Assembly (NCBI GenBank): GCA_038253825.1
Contig: JBBSGT010000004.1
Coordinates: 1-60,393 of the forward strand
Origin: Candidatus Levyibacteriota bacterium
GTDB taxonomy: Bacteria; Patescibacteriota; Microgenomatia; Levybacterales; UBA12049
DNA length: 60,393 nt
Direction of reading: 5' to 3'
Shown: positions 1-9,800 of the stretch, in pieces
Numbering within the stretch: the first letter of the stretch is position 1
Layout of the letters: each line of letters starts with the position of its first letter
Notes under the pieces: model-generated
What the model saw: only the letters and a program-made list of their open reading frames with translations
What the model was told of the DNA's origin: nothing
The model's database searches: none
Program-made: the position numbers and the translations under genes

Positions 1-63
1 GATGAAATTGGTTCAATGCTTGGTTACTGTGCAAAAACTAATGGACTTTGCCAGGTGGTATAA
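1..63 (+). CDS. 3' end of an unidentified CDS entering from upstream (..DEIGSMLGYCAKTNGLCQVV*)
   Basis: Frame 1 is open from the window edge to TAA at 61-63. Too short to identify. Confidence 0.3.
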   Translation, partial: DEIGSMLGYCAKTNGLCQVV

Positions 64-150
64 TTATGCAACCCAAATATTACCTCTCTCAGAAAGAAAT
101 TTATCAATTCCTTCGGTTTTCAATGACTCTATTATACGTGATATAATAGT

Positions 151-1014
151 GTGATGAAAATATTAAGTACTCCCGGTTGGGATGACTATGTACTTCTTGA
201 TTCTGGGGATGGATTGCGTTTGGAGCGATTTGGTGCATACAGAGTTGTTCGTCCTGATCCTCAGATTATTTGGAAGCCACGACTGTCTCCAGCTGAATGG
301 AAAAAAGCTGATGCAATTTTCGATAGCGAGAAGAAACAGTGGATTATCAAAAATCATGTTCCTGAAAAATGGCTGATGCATTATAAGGATTTATCATTCT
401 ATGCAAAACTTTCACCCTTCAAACACACCGGTGTTTTCCCGGAACAAATGCTGCAATGGGATTGGATTGTCCAAAAGCTTAAAACAGCAGAAAAACAAAA
501 CCCGAAAGTTTTAAATTTGTTCGGTTATACTGGTATTGCTAGTTTGGCCGCAGCAAAAGTAAATGCTTCTGTTACGCATATCGATGCTTCCCGTCCGACA
601 ATCGGTTGGGCAAGAGAAAATCAAATGGCTTCAAAATTAACAGACAAACCGATCAGATGGATCCTTGATGATGCAATGAAATTTGTGCAACGCGAAGTGA
701 AACGTGGTGTTGTTTATGATGGCATCATCATGGACCCGCCGATTTATGGCCATGGTCCAGGTGGGGAAAAATGGGATTTCAATGAATCATTTCCCAAACT
801 TCTCTCACTCTGCAGGTCTATTCTATCAAAACAACCGTTATTTATTTTAGTTAATGCGTATGCAATCTCCGCATCTTGCCTGATGTTGGAAAATGTATTA
901 AATGACTATGTCTCTGATTTGGGAGGTACTATTGAAGTGGGAGAACTAGCATTGGAAGAGCAGTCTGCAAAGCGTCTACTTTCGACAGGTATTTTTGCGC
1001 GCTGGTCAAAGTAA
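151..1014 (+). CDS. class I SAM-dependent methyltransferase (RlmI/RlmK-like, Methyltrans_SAM family)
   Basis: 287-aa ORF. Motif I-like NLFGYTGIASLAAA, HIDAS, and post-motif DPPIYG typical of RlmI-type rRNA methyltransferases. Start may be ATG at 154. Confidence 0.75.
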   Translation: MMKILSTPGWDDYVLLDSGDGLRLERFGAYRVVRPDPQIIWKPRLSPAEWKKADAIFDSEKKQWIIKNHVPEKWLMHYKDLSFYAKLSPFKHTGVFPEQMLQWDWIVQKLKTAEKQNPKVLNLFGYTGIASLAAAKVNASVTHIDASRPTIGWARENQMASKLTDKPIRWILDDAMKFVQREVKRGVVYDGIIMDPPIYGHGPGGEKWDFNESFPKLLSLCRSILSKQPLFILVNAYAISASCLMLENVLNDYVSDLGGTIEVGELALEEQSAKRLLSTGIFARWSK

Positions 1015-1040
1015 ATTGTGAAAAATGGGTTTCTTTACAC

Positions 1041-1466
1041 TTATTTATAATATGGTCTGATTTGAAATAAGAGATAAAAGCATATAATCGCCCCAATAAG
1101 AGCTAGGAGGATTGAAGATTGATAAACCGCAACTATTTCCAAGAGTAGATTGATTACCTCACTCCAAAATAATAACTTCCATCCACGTATTTTTCTTTCT
1201 TTTAATCCGGGGATTGCAAATAAAAGAAGAAGTGAAGCTGCTAAAGAAAAGAATGTAATAAAAAAATCTTGACCATATCCATAGAGTCTCGTCCCTCCGA
1301 AATCATCAAGAGAACTGAGGATACCCATAAGACCAAAAGCAATCGCGATAAAGGGCATGATTTTTATGATAAATAATCGCACAGCTTTTGGTAGTGGCGG
1401 AAACTTAGCAAACCAAATTCCTAAAGTTTCAAAAAAACCATTTACGGATGTTCTTGATTTATTCAT
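1041..1466 (-). CDS. hypothetical integral membrane protein (4 predicted TM helices)
   Basis: 141-aa ORF with four hydrophobic stretches and no recognisable motif. Confidence 0.55.
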   Translation of the reverse strand: MNKSRTSVNGFFETLGIWFAKFPPLPKAVRLFIIKIMPFIAIAFGLMGILSSLDDFGGTRLYGYGQDFFITFFSLAASLLLLFAIPGLKERKIRGWKLLFWSEVINLLLEIVAVYQSSILLALIGAIICFYLLFQIRPYYK

Positions 1467-1604
1467 GTATTGTTCTTACGCACTTACAATTTTTGGAAAG
1501 CGAAAATTAAATATAAGTTAGAATAATACCACATTCTTACAATATTTGCATGACAATTTTTTTTAGTTTAATATTTTTCTTAATAAATTATGTTATCCTA
1601 AAAA

Positions 1605-2243
1605 GTGATGAGCAAACCAAGAATATACAAATTATTATTTACGGCAACTTTTGTTCTGATAAGTTATGCAATAATAAATATTGCAGACAAGCCTTCACAA
1701 CACATAGAAAAAGAAACACTAGGTCAACAAGTCACACAAATTATTTCAGTTACAGTTATTCCGACTAACGTCCCTTCAATCGCTGTATCTTCTCCAAGTA
1801 CATTCCCTATGACTCCTCCAGGTGTTCAAGCAAAAGTAAACAGAGTAATTGATGGTGATACTATTGAAGTAATTTTGAGTGGACAAAAGAAAAAAGTTCG
1901 TCTTATAGGGATAAATACACCCGAGACTGTTGATCCTCGAAAACCTGTACAATGCTTCGGAAAGGAGGCGTCTGCGTATGCTAAACAACTTCTTTCAAAT
2001 AAAACTGTCTATTTAGAATCTGATCCGACTCAGGGCGATTTTGATAAATACCATCGATCACTTCGGTATGTTTGGTTGGATGCAAAAGCAAATGCGAATG
2101 AAATAATAATTGCAGAGGGTTATGCTTACGAATATACCTACAATATCCCTTACAAATATCAATCTGAGTTTAGGAATGCTCAGAAAGAAGCTGAGGATAC
2201 AGGAAGAGGTTTATGGTCGCCCAACTCGTGTGGAGGGAAATAA
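1605..2243 (+). CDS. membrane-anchored thermonuclease (staphylococcal nuclease/SNase family)
   Basis: N-terminal TM helix. SNase core VIDGDTIEV..KVRLIGINTPE..CFGKEA...LRYVWLD..AEGYAYEY. Start is GTG 1605 or ATG 1608. Confidence 0.85.
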   Translation: MMSKPRIYKLLFTATFVLISYAIINIADKPSQHIEKETLGQQVTQIISVTVIPTNVPSIAVSSPSTFPMTPPGVQAKVNRVIDGDTIEVILSGQKKKVRLIGINTPETVDPRKPVQCFGKEASAYAKQLLSNKTVYLESDPTQGDFDKYHRSLRYVWLDAKANANEIIIAEGYAYEYTYNIPYKYQSEFRNAQKEAEDTGRGLWSPNSCGGK

Positions 2244-2312
2244 TGAAAATATTTACAACATCTCAAAACTTTCATCACGGAATATAAAACTTGTCAAGGA
2301 TTTCTGATCGAG

Positions 2313-2350
2313 AGATTCTGGAGAAGTCGTTGCTCCCCGGAATGACGAAG
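2313..2350 (-). repeat. copy A of a conserved post-stop hairpin element (minus-strand reading GTCATTCCGGGGAG..CGACTTCTCCAGAAT)
   Basis: Arms ATTCTGGAG / CTCC(CC)GGAAT lie 26 nt after the dedA stop. Related copies at 21633-21662 and 57271-57318. Confidence 0.5.
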
Positions 2351-2372
2351 GAGAGGAATTTTACAATAGATT

Positions 2373-3008
2373 CTAGTTTTTTTTTGATTTAGATTTATGT
2401 CGGAGATACTCAATAATAGCTGGGAGTAAGGAAATAAAGACGATGGCGAGTACTGCATATTCGAAATTATTCTTGACTAATTTTGTTCCTCCAAAGAAGT
2501 AACCGGCAAAGGTAATACTCGTCACCCACAAAAATCCACCGACAAGATTGTAAATCATGAAGGTTTTGTATTTCATACTACCCATACCAGCAACAAATGG
2601 AGCAAAACTGCGGATAATGGGTATAAAGCGCGTAATAATAATAGTTTTACCTCCGTATCTCTCAAAAAATTCATGTGTTCTCTCAATATTTGCATGATTG
2701 AACCATCGCGAATTCTTATGAGTAAACACTTTATGACCGAATCTATTGCCAAGCCAATAATTTACCATATTACCCAAAATTGCTGCAGCAAGTAATGTAA
2801 CGTAAGCAATCCAAATATTCAGATGGCCTCCTCCTGCCAATGCACCGATAACGAACAGTAAGGAATCACCGGGTAAAAATGGTGTAACGACAAATCCTGT
2901 CTCAGCAAAAATAATGAAAAAGAAAATGCCATAAATAGATGGTCCAAACGATGCAATAAAGGGTTGGATAAATTTATCTAAATGAACTATGTGTTGGATG
3001 AGTTCCAT
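2373..3008 (-). CDS. dedA: DedA family (SNARE-associated) membrane protein
   Basis: 211 aa with VTPFLPGDSLLFVIGALA and the RFIPIIRSFAPFVAG signature of DedA proteins. Confidence 0.85.
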   Translation of the reverse strand: MELIQHIVHLDKFIQPFIASFGPSIYGIFFFIIFAETGFVVTPFLPGDSLLFVIGALAGGGHLNIWIAYVTLLAAAILGNMVNYWLGNRFGHKVFTHKNSRWFNHANIERTHEFFERYGGKTIIITRFIPIIRSFAPFVAGMGSMKYKTFMIYNLVGGFLWVTSITFAGYFFGGTKLVKNNFEYAVLAIVFISLLPAIIEYLRHKSKSKKN

Positions 3009-3047
3009 TTCCCTATTATAAAGGTTTTTGTATAAAAAAGAAAATCT

Positions 3048-3077
3048 TTTACATTCTCAATACACCTCAAGTATAAT
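3048..3077 (+). promoter_or_regulatory. sigma70-like promoter candidate for the 3145 gene (TTTACA-18 nt-TATAAT)
   Basis: TTTACA at 3048-3053 and TATAAT at 3072-3077, about 70 nt upstream of the ATG. Confidence 0.4.
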
Positions 3078-3144
3078 AAAGGTGTACGTATCACTATGAT
3101 TCTCTCAATCCAGATTATATGCCGATGATTTAATACAGTAAATT

Positions 3145-4785
3145 ATGAATAATCTCATTAAAAACATTAGATTTTATGTATTGGCATTCAGTGGTATTTT
3201 TTCATTGATTATTTATCTATGGGTAACCCTAACGAACCCTTCTCAGCTCACTCAAATTATTGAGCTGGAAGAAACCTATGGTTTGTTATCAATAGTATTG
3301 CTCTATATTACGCTGCTTGCCGGGCCTTTGTGTTACCGATTTAAATGGCTTCCCTTTAAAAGTCAGTATCTAAAATCTCGGCGCGCCCTAGGGGTTGCTA
3401 CTTTTTATTTTGCGTTTCTCCATACATTACTTTCATTTTTTGGACAGTTAGGCGGATTTTCAGGACTTGGTTTTCTTAATCAAAACTACATCTTTGCAAT
3501 TCTTTTTGGCTTTATTGCTCTTATCATATTCTTTTTTCTGACAATTACATCGCTGGATATTGCCGTTGAAAAAATGTCATTTCCGAAATGGAAACTTTTG
3601 CATCGGTTTATTTATTTAGGAGGGATATTGGTACTCGTGCATATCGTTTTACTAGGATCCCATTATTTAGATCTGTCTGAAAGTGTTCCTTTGATAACAT
3701 TTGTCGGATTAGTTTTTCTTCTAATTTTAGAAGAACCCAGATTGTATAACTATATTCGCAAAAAGATTCCCGTGTCTCCAATACCTGAAATTTTGCGAAG
3801 TTTCATTATTGCCACGTTTTCTATCGGAGTTGTTCTATTTATTTATAGTGAGGTCGTTACACCTTTGGTTTCACCAAACACTCCAGGAATATCTTTCGAT
3901 GTGCATGCAGGCCATCGAACTTTAGCACAACAGGCGTTGGATCAATCACAACAACAATCCCTTTCGAGTAGTGGCTCTGTTAATACTACTACCTATAATC
4001 TTCCCTCAAATGCAAACATCCCAGAATTAAATGGGGATCGTACCAAACGCTATACAGTGAGCATGAGTACTGATCCGGTTGCTCCCCAACCCAATCAGCC
4101 CGTAACAATCCATATGCAAGTCTACGATGCGGGTTCGGGTAATAAAGTCACATACTTCAAATTATTGTATACACAGTTCATGCACTTAATTGTTGTAAAC
4201 AGTGACCTTACGTATTTCAATCATACCCAACTGAGACAAGACGGACAAGAATTTGTTATGACAACACAATTTCCCAAAGACGATCTTTATCATCTTTATA
4301 TCCAGTTTCAACCACTTGGTGGGATAGAACAGCAAATGGCTTTTACTCTTCCTGTTGGTAGTGTTCCAATCAGTCCGACTTTGTCAAAAGCGACTCCAGA
4401 TAGTAATAAAATAAAAACAGTCGGCCCGTACAATATTGCAATTGATAACCATGGTTCATTACAAGCTTCTGCTCTGTCTCAAGGTTCTCAGAAAATCTCT
4501 ATTACTATTAGGGATGCCAAAACAAATAAGCCGCTAAAGAACCTAAAACCGTATCTTGGCGCATTTGGTCATCTGACACTCATTAACGAAAAGACGTTTG
4601 ATTTTGTGCATGTTCATCCATATGATATAAATCCGCCACTTCCCGATGCAAATGGTGGGCCAACTGTTGATTTTCTTCCGAGAGGAATTTATGGACCTTT
4701 TAAACCAGGTATTTATCGAGGGTTCGTCGAATTAAATCCTGATAATGCATTATTTACTTCGGACTTCACGGTAAAAATGCGATGA
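3145..4785 (+). CDS. membrane protein: ferric-reductase-like (MsrQ/YedZ-type, heme-b) TM domain fused to two extracytoplasmic beta-sandwich-like domains with His motifs
   Basis: 546 aa. N-terminal 6-TM region with conserved His residues (FAFLHTLL, LLHRFIY, LVHIVL). C-terminal tandem domains carry MHLIVVNSDLTYFNH and FGHLTLINEKTFDFVHVHPY. Confidence 0.55.
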   Translation: MNNLIKNIRFYVLAFSGIFSLIIYLWVTLTNPSQLTQIIELEETYGLLSIVLLYITLLAGPLCYRFKWLPFKSQYLKSRRALGVATFYFAFLHTLLSFFGQLGGFSGLGFLNQNYIFAILFGFIALIIFFFLTITSLDIAVEKMSFPKWKLLHRFIYLGGILVLVHIVLLGSHYLDLSESVPLITFVGLVFLLILEEPRLYNYIRKKIPVSPIPEILRSFIIATFSIGVVLFIYSEVVTPLVSPNTPGISFDVHAGHRTLAQQALDQSQQQSLSSSGSVNTTTYNLPSNANIPELNGDRTKRYTVSMSTDPVAPQPNQPVTIHMQVYDAGSGNKVTYFKLLYTQFMHLIVVNSDLTYFNHTQLRQDGQEFVMTTQFPKDDLYHLYIQFQPLGGIEQQMAFTLPVGSVPISPTLSKATPDSNKIKTVGPYNIAIDNHGSLQASALSQGSQKISITIRDAKTNKPLKNLKPYLGAFGHLTLINEKTFDFVHVHPYDINPPLPDANGGPTVDFLPRGIYGPFKPGIYRGFVELNPDNALFTSDFTVKMR

Positions 4786-4798
4786 GGTATAATAGGAT

Positions 4799-5389
4799 AT
4801 GAAAAAAATTATTGTCGTTACTTTTTTTCTTTTTAGTTCACTATTTATTCCTCAGCAAGTTTTTGCTCATTTCCTCGCAACTGATAAAAGTATAGGAGCC
4901 GTTCTCTATGTCGATCCCAATGACGAACCAATAGCCGGTTCCCAAGCTTCTTTTTTCTTTGAATTTAAAGATAAAGAAAATAAATTTGATCCGCAAAATT
5001 GTGATTGTACTTTTTTAATTAAAGAAAATGGTAATAAAATTTATTCTCAACCATTATTCCAAAATAGTGATAAAGCTAGTTTGAGTAACGCTCATGTCGT
5101 CTATACATTTCCACAAAAAGATATTTATCAAGTACAAGTAATTGGTAAACCGAATCCACCTAATGAATTTGCGCCTTTTACGTTATCATGGGACTTTCGC
5201 ATTGATCAAGAAGCAAACCCCAAATCAAATCAGTCAAATTCGAATTTTAATACAAATTTTTTGCGATACTTACTTATTTTTGGTGTTGCTACAGTTATTA
5301 TAGTTGCTTTTTTTATCAAAAATTTAATGAGCAATAAAAAAGAAGAACAGCTAAAAAAAGGAGGTGGAGCAAAAGATGAAAAAAAATAA
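4799..5389 (+). CDS. secreted, C-terminally membrane-anchored protein with CxC motif (paralogue of 51441-52064)
   Basis: Signal peptide ..QQVFA|HF, FKDKENKFDPQNCDCTFLI, GKPNPPNEFAPFTLSWDF, C-terminal TM helix and a K-rich tail. It lies 13 nt after the upstream gene. Confidence 0.6.
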   Translation: MKKIIVVTFFLFSSLFIPQQVFAHFLATDKSIGAVLYVDPNDEPIAGSQASFFFEFKDKENKFDPQNCDCTFLIKENGNKIYSQPLFQNSDKASLSNAHVVYTFPQKDIYQVQVIGKPNPPNEFAPFTLSWDFRIDQEANPKSNQSNSNFNTNFLRYLLIFGVATVIIVAFFIKNLMSNKKEEQLKKGGGAKDEKK

Positions 5390-5434
5390 TATACCCTGTA
5401 TACCTTATTGTTCGCTTTTTATATAATAGATTCT

Positions 5435-6349
5435 ATGGATATTTTTTCAGCCATTCTTATTGTCCTCGGATTAATACTTTTCGAAACAGTCAGTAGTCTC
5501 GATAATGCAGTTATTAATGCGCAAGTTCTTTCTACTATGTCACAACGTGGAAGACGTTGGTTTATGGTGTACGGTTTTTTTGTAGCTGTTTTTTTGATAC
5601 GAGGTTTATTGCCATTTCTAATTGTTTGGGCTGCTAATCCTTCACTGGGACCGCTCGGAGCCTTTACGGCGGCATTTAGTTCGGATCCACGTATTCACGA
5701 ATCAATAGAATCATCAACGCCTATTTTATTACTTGGAGGTGGTACATTTCTTATTTTACTTTTTTTTCACTGGCTTTTTCTTGAACCCAAGGCTTTCGGA
5801 ATAAGAGGTGAACGATTTATTCAGTCAAAAGGCATGTGGTTTTATGCTGTCGCTTCTGTGATTTTGTTAGTACTTTTGTGGTTTTCTTTTCAAATACGTC
5901 CCGCAATGGCAGTTGGTACTTTTGTCGGTGCTCTATCTTTTTTTATTACGAATGGTTTTAAAGAAAATGCTGAAAAAGCAGAAAAAGGTTTGCTTTCAAA
6001 ACATGCCAGGTCAGATATAAATAAAATTATTTATTTGGAGGCGATTGATGCTACATTTTCTATAGATGGTGTGCTTGGTGCATTTGCTTTTACTTTATCA
6101 ATTCCGCTGATCATCCTTGGTAATGGTATAGGTGCATTTATTGTTCGAAGTTTGACTGTTCGCAGTATCGATAGTTTAAAGAAATACAAATTCCTTAAAA
6201 ACGGCGCTATGTACTCAGTCTTTTTCCTTGGTTGTGTTATGCTAACTGATAGTTTTGGTTTCTCAATTCCTGGATGGGTTCCTCCTATTATTACTTTTCT
6301 GGTAATACTTTATTTTTTTTATAAATCAAAATCTGCTGTGAGTAAATAA
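5435..6349 (+). CDS. DUF475/TerC-like integral membrane protein
   Basis: Multi-TM protein with N-terminal ETVSSLDNAVINAQVL motif, characteristic of the DUF475/TerC-type families. The ORF track starts at TTG 5408; ATG 5435 is more likely. Confidence 0.55.
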   Translation: MDIFSAILIVLGLILFETVSSLDNAVINAQVLSTMSQRGRRWFMVYGFFVAVFLIRGLLPFLIVWAANPSLGPLGAFTAAFSSDPRIHESIESSTPILLLGGGTFLILLFFHWLFLEPKAFGIRGERFIQSKGMWFYAVASVILLVLLWFSFQIRPAMAVGTFVGALSFFITNGFKENAEKAEKGLLSKHARSDINKIIYLEAIDATFSIDGVLGAFAFTLSIPLIILGNGIGAFIVRSLTVRSIDSLKKYKFLKNGAMYSVFFLGCVMLTDSFGFSIPGWVPPIITFLVILYFFYKSKSAVSK

Positions 6350-6425
6350 CAATTGTGAGCAATTGTTGTCAAAATGTAGCAACATCTTTACACAATTCTC
6401 ATATTTGTATCTTACAATTAGAACT

Positions 6426-6809
6426 ATGTTACATCCGACTTCTTCTAAAAATAAACCTATTATTGTTGTTGCTGATGATGATCCCGCAATTCTGGAGGCG
6501 ATGAGAATGGTACTGGAGCTTTACAATTTTAAAGTTGAAACGATTGCAGATGGAGTAGTAGTTCCCAAATTAAGAAAGTTACGCCCCCAGCTTCTTTTTC
6601 TTGATATTCGCATGTCGGGTGCTGATGGTAGAACAATTTGTAAAAAACTAAAAACAGAGGCGGATACAAAACATATTCCTGTGGTTATGATTTCAGCAAA
6701 TACTAACTTGCGGCACTGTATGGAGGAAGCCGGTGCAAATGATTATCTTGCAAAGCCTTTTGATATGAATGACCTCCTTACGAAAGTAGAAAAATACCTT
6801 CCTAATTAG
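6426..6809 (+). CDS. stand-alone response regulator receiver (CheY-like) protein
   Basis: IIVVADDD, phospho-acceptor context LLFLDIRMSGADG, VVMISA, and KPF near the C-terminus. No output domain. Confidence 0.85.
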   Translation: MLHPTSSKNKPIIVVADDDPAILEAMRMVLELYNFKVETIADGVVVPKLRKLRPQLLFLDIRMSGADGRTICKKLKTEADTKHIPVVMISANTNLRHCMEEAGANDYLAKPFDMNDLLTKVEKYLPN

Positions 6810-9800
6810 TTATTTTACCTCGACCTTCACTATTGTTGAAAATAATATAATAAACAACCGGAATAAGGAAAAGCATAATAGAACCCGAGAACATAAGCCC
6901 TGCAATAATTGCTCCCCCCAAGCCCTGCCAGAGTGCGTTGGATAAGGTAATCGGAATCAGCCCCAAAATAGCTGCAAAAGACGTTAAGGCAATTGGTTCA
7001 AGCCGGCTTTCTGAAGCATCGATAATCGCGGTTTTATATTCCAGACCAGCGTGTAAATTCTGATTTATCTTATCAACAATAAGAATAGAATTTTTAACAA
7101 CAATTCCAAAAAGTGCCAGTATTCCAATAAGCGCCGGGAATGACAAAGGTGTTTGTGTTACTGCAAAAACGATAAATACTCCAGAAACAGAAAGCGGAAT
7201 AACGAGCATAACGATAAGTGCTTTTCTAAAAGAATGGAACTGTAAAACCATAGTAATGATGATTAACATAAATGACAGCACCATGGCTTGCAAAATAGAG
7301 GTGACTGATTCCTGGTTTTGTTGATTGGCACCACCTGTTGACCAAGAATAACCGTCGGGCAAATTAAGTGTGTCCGCATATTTTTCCAGATTAGCGTTTG
7401 CCTGGGATACAGAATAACCTTTGGTGACACCTGCACTTACCGAGATTGTTCGTTTACCGCCTTCACGAGTTATTAATGTTGGATTTGGTTTAATTGTTAG
7501 ATTTCCCAGTGATAAGAGTGGCACGGAATCGGTTGTGGTTGGAACCATGATAGAGCCGAGGCCTTCAATAGTTTGTGGATTCGTATCCGTTCGTAAAACA
7601 ATATCCTGGTTTTGTGTGTTGCCTTGTTCCAATTTTACTTTACTATCAAGGGTCGAACCACTGGCATAGGTTCTTAACCACTGTCCTACTTGATCTTGTG
7701 TGACTCCTGCGTCGATCATTTTTTGATAATCAGGAACAAAGACAATTTTACTGGTACCAGATTTGATTGACTTATCGACATTAGTGACACCTGGTTGTTT
7801 TTGCAAAAAGCTTTCCAGTTTGTTTGCATACCCATCAAGAGCAGCCAAATCCGTTCCGAATAACTTCATTTGGACATCTGAACCTGCAGGTGGACCGCCA
7901 CTTGCTTCGATTACAGAAATCTTTCCTGGTTGATAACTCGCATAATGATCTCTGACTTCTTGCGCGATATCTAGTGAAGATATTTTTTGTTTACTTGTCT
8001 CAGGAAGCACGACTGTAATCGTCGCAATATTACTTCCTCCCCTACCAGGCCCATTTCCTGTCTCAGCTCCGGAACCAACACTAAGTTGTGCAAATTGTAC
8101 TTCTGGGAATTTTCGGACATCATTAAGAATTCGTATTGCTTCTTTTTGTGTTTGGTCACTATTTGTTCCTGCGGGAAGTTCTAGTTGAATTTGAAATGAT
8201 TCCTGCGCACTTGCCGGAAAGAATTCATTTCTAACAAAACCGAGCGGCAATAATAAATAAGAACATACAGAAAAAATAATAACCATCCAAAGTAGCTTGC
8301 GCCTATTTGTTTGTCGTGAGAGGATAGCATTTATGACATAGCGATATTTTTCGCTGATGATATCAAAACTTATAATTCCCTGATCGAAATATTGTCGTAT
8401 GTTAATTTTACTCACTTGTGTTCTTCTTTTTCTTGAAGGTCTAAACCAATTCATAAAACGTTCTTTCAATCGAACAAACAAAACATTTCTTACTTGAAAG
8501 TAAATGAAAATATTAAGTGCAAAAAGAATAATTGCCGGAATAATATATATTCCTTTTGGCGCAATGGCGAAAAAGATCCCTATAATAATAAGGAGAAGAA
8601 TCGCTCTAAGTAAAACAATGACACGATACGGAATATTTGGTTTTAAGATAATAATAACGAGTGGCAACGTAATAAACATCGCAACTGCAAATGATGCAAG
8701 GAGTGATGATGACACCACAATTGGGATTGGTTTAATAAATTCACCTATTATGCCCGTCGCTAACAGAAGTGGTATAAAAGCCCAGACAGTCGTCAGCGTG
8801 CTCGTAAAAACAGCCGCCTTAAAATCACGCCAGACAAGCAGACCTGCCTCCATTGGTGTAAATTTTCCGCTACGGTAATAGGCAGATAATGCAGAAATAA
8901 TAACAATCGTATCATCAACCAGCAATCCCAGCGAGAGAAGTAAAGAAAAAAAGGCAATAAAACTCAAATCAATTCCTGTTGCATGCATCACAATAAACGT
9001 GATAAGAAAAGTCATCGGGATAGCAGATGCAGCCACAATTGCTTGTCTTGTTCCAAGAAAGAGTAGAATAACAAGAAATACCAAACTAAACGTTATGATA
9101 AGGTCACGGACAAGATCATTGAATTGGGTATCAACCATTGCTCCGCTATCTGTGACATTGGTAATTTTAAATTGTCCTGGATATTTCGCAAGATATTTTT
9201 GCACTGCATCATGTGCATCTTTATCTGCCGTATTAATATTGACTGAACTCTTTTTAAATATACTAAAGGTGATCGCTTGTGTTGTTGTCGTGTGAGGATC
9301 TGCAACATACGAATCTGATACTCCAGGTTGTTGACGAATAGCTATATCTGCAATGTTGGATAAAAGAACGCTTGTTCCGTTATTGAGACTAATTCTCAGA
9401 TTACGTAAATCTTCGACCGTAGTAATAGCTGGGTCAATGGTTAGAGAAAAAGATGATTGATTGGTATTAATATTTCCTGCTGGTTGCGAATTGATTGCTG
9501 AGGTTACTGTTTGAGAAAGTACTTGAGGGTTTATTCCATACGTCGCTATTGCGTTAGGTTTAATAGTCACTTGAATTTCTTGATTATCAACACCTTCTGC
9601 GGTGATGGTATTGAGCGATGTAACGTCTTTTAGTGTATCTCGAAGTCCCCGTCCAAACCGTATGAGTGACGCAGGATCTTTACCTGTTGCGGTAAAAATC
9701 CACACAGGTGTATTTTGAAAATCAAGTTTTTCTACATGTGGTGTGGTTGCATCTTTTGGCAAATTGCTGACACTTTGCACTGCGTTTTGAACATCCGTTG

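Noticed and set aside
5390-5434. Looked for a Mn2+ (yybP-ykoY) riboswitch ahead of the TerC/DUF475-like gene and ahead of VIT1 (36388-36447).
   Set aside because: Both upstream regions are far too short (about 45 and 60 nt) and lack the conserved four-way-junction sequences.
8504-8878. Antisense ORFs inside large genes. Examples: 7421-7669, 8504-8878, 8999-9295 and 9815-10150 in the RND gene; 12132-12497 and 13020-13409 in the MFS gene; 15322-15741 in otsA; 35759-36370 in VIT1; 41433-41792 in obg; 47934-48329 in the MFS gene; 53621-54025; 56264-56740.
   Set aside because: They lie fully within well-supported genes on the other strand, have low-complexity or odd composition and no motifs. They are typical shadow ORFs.
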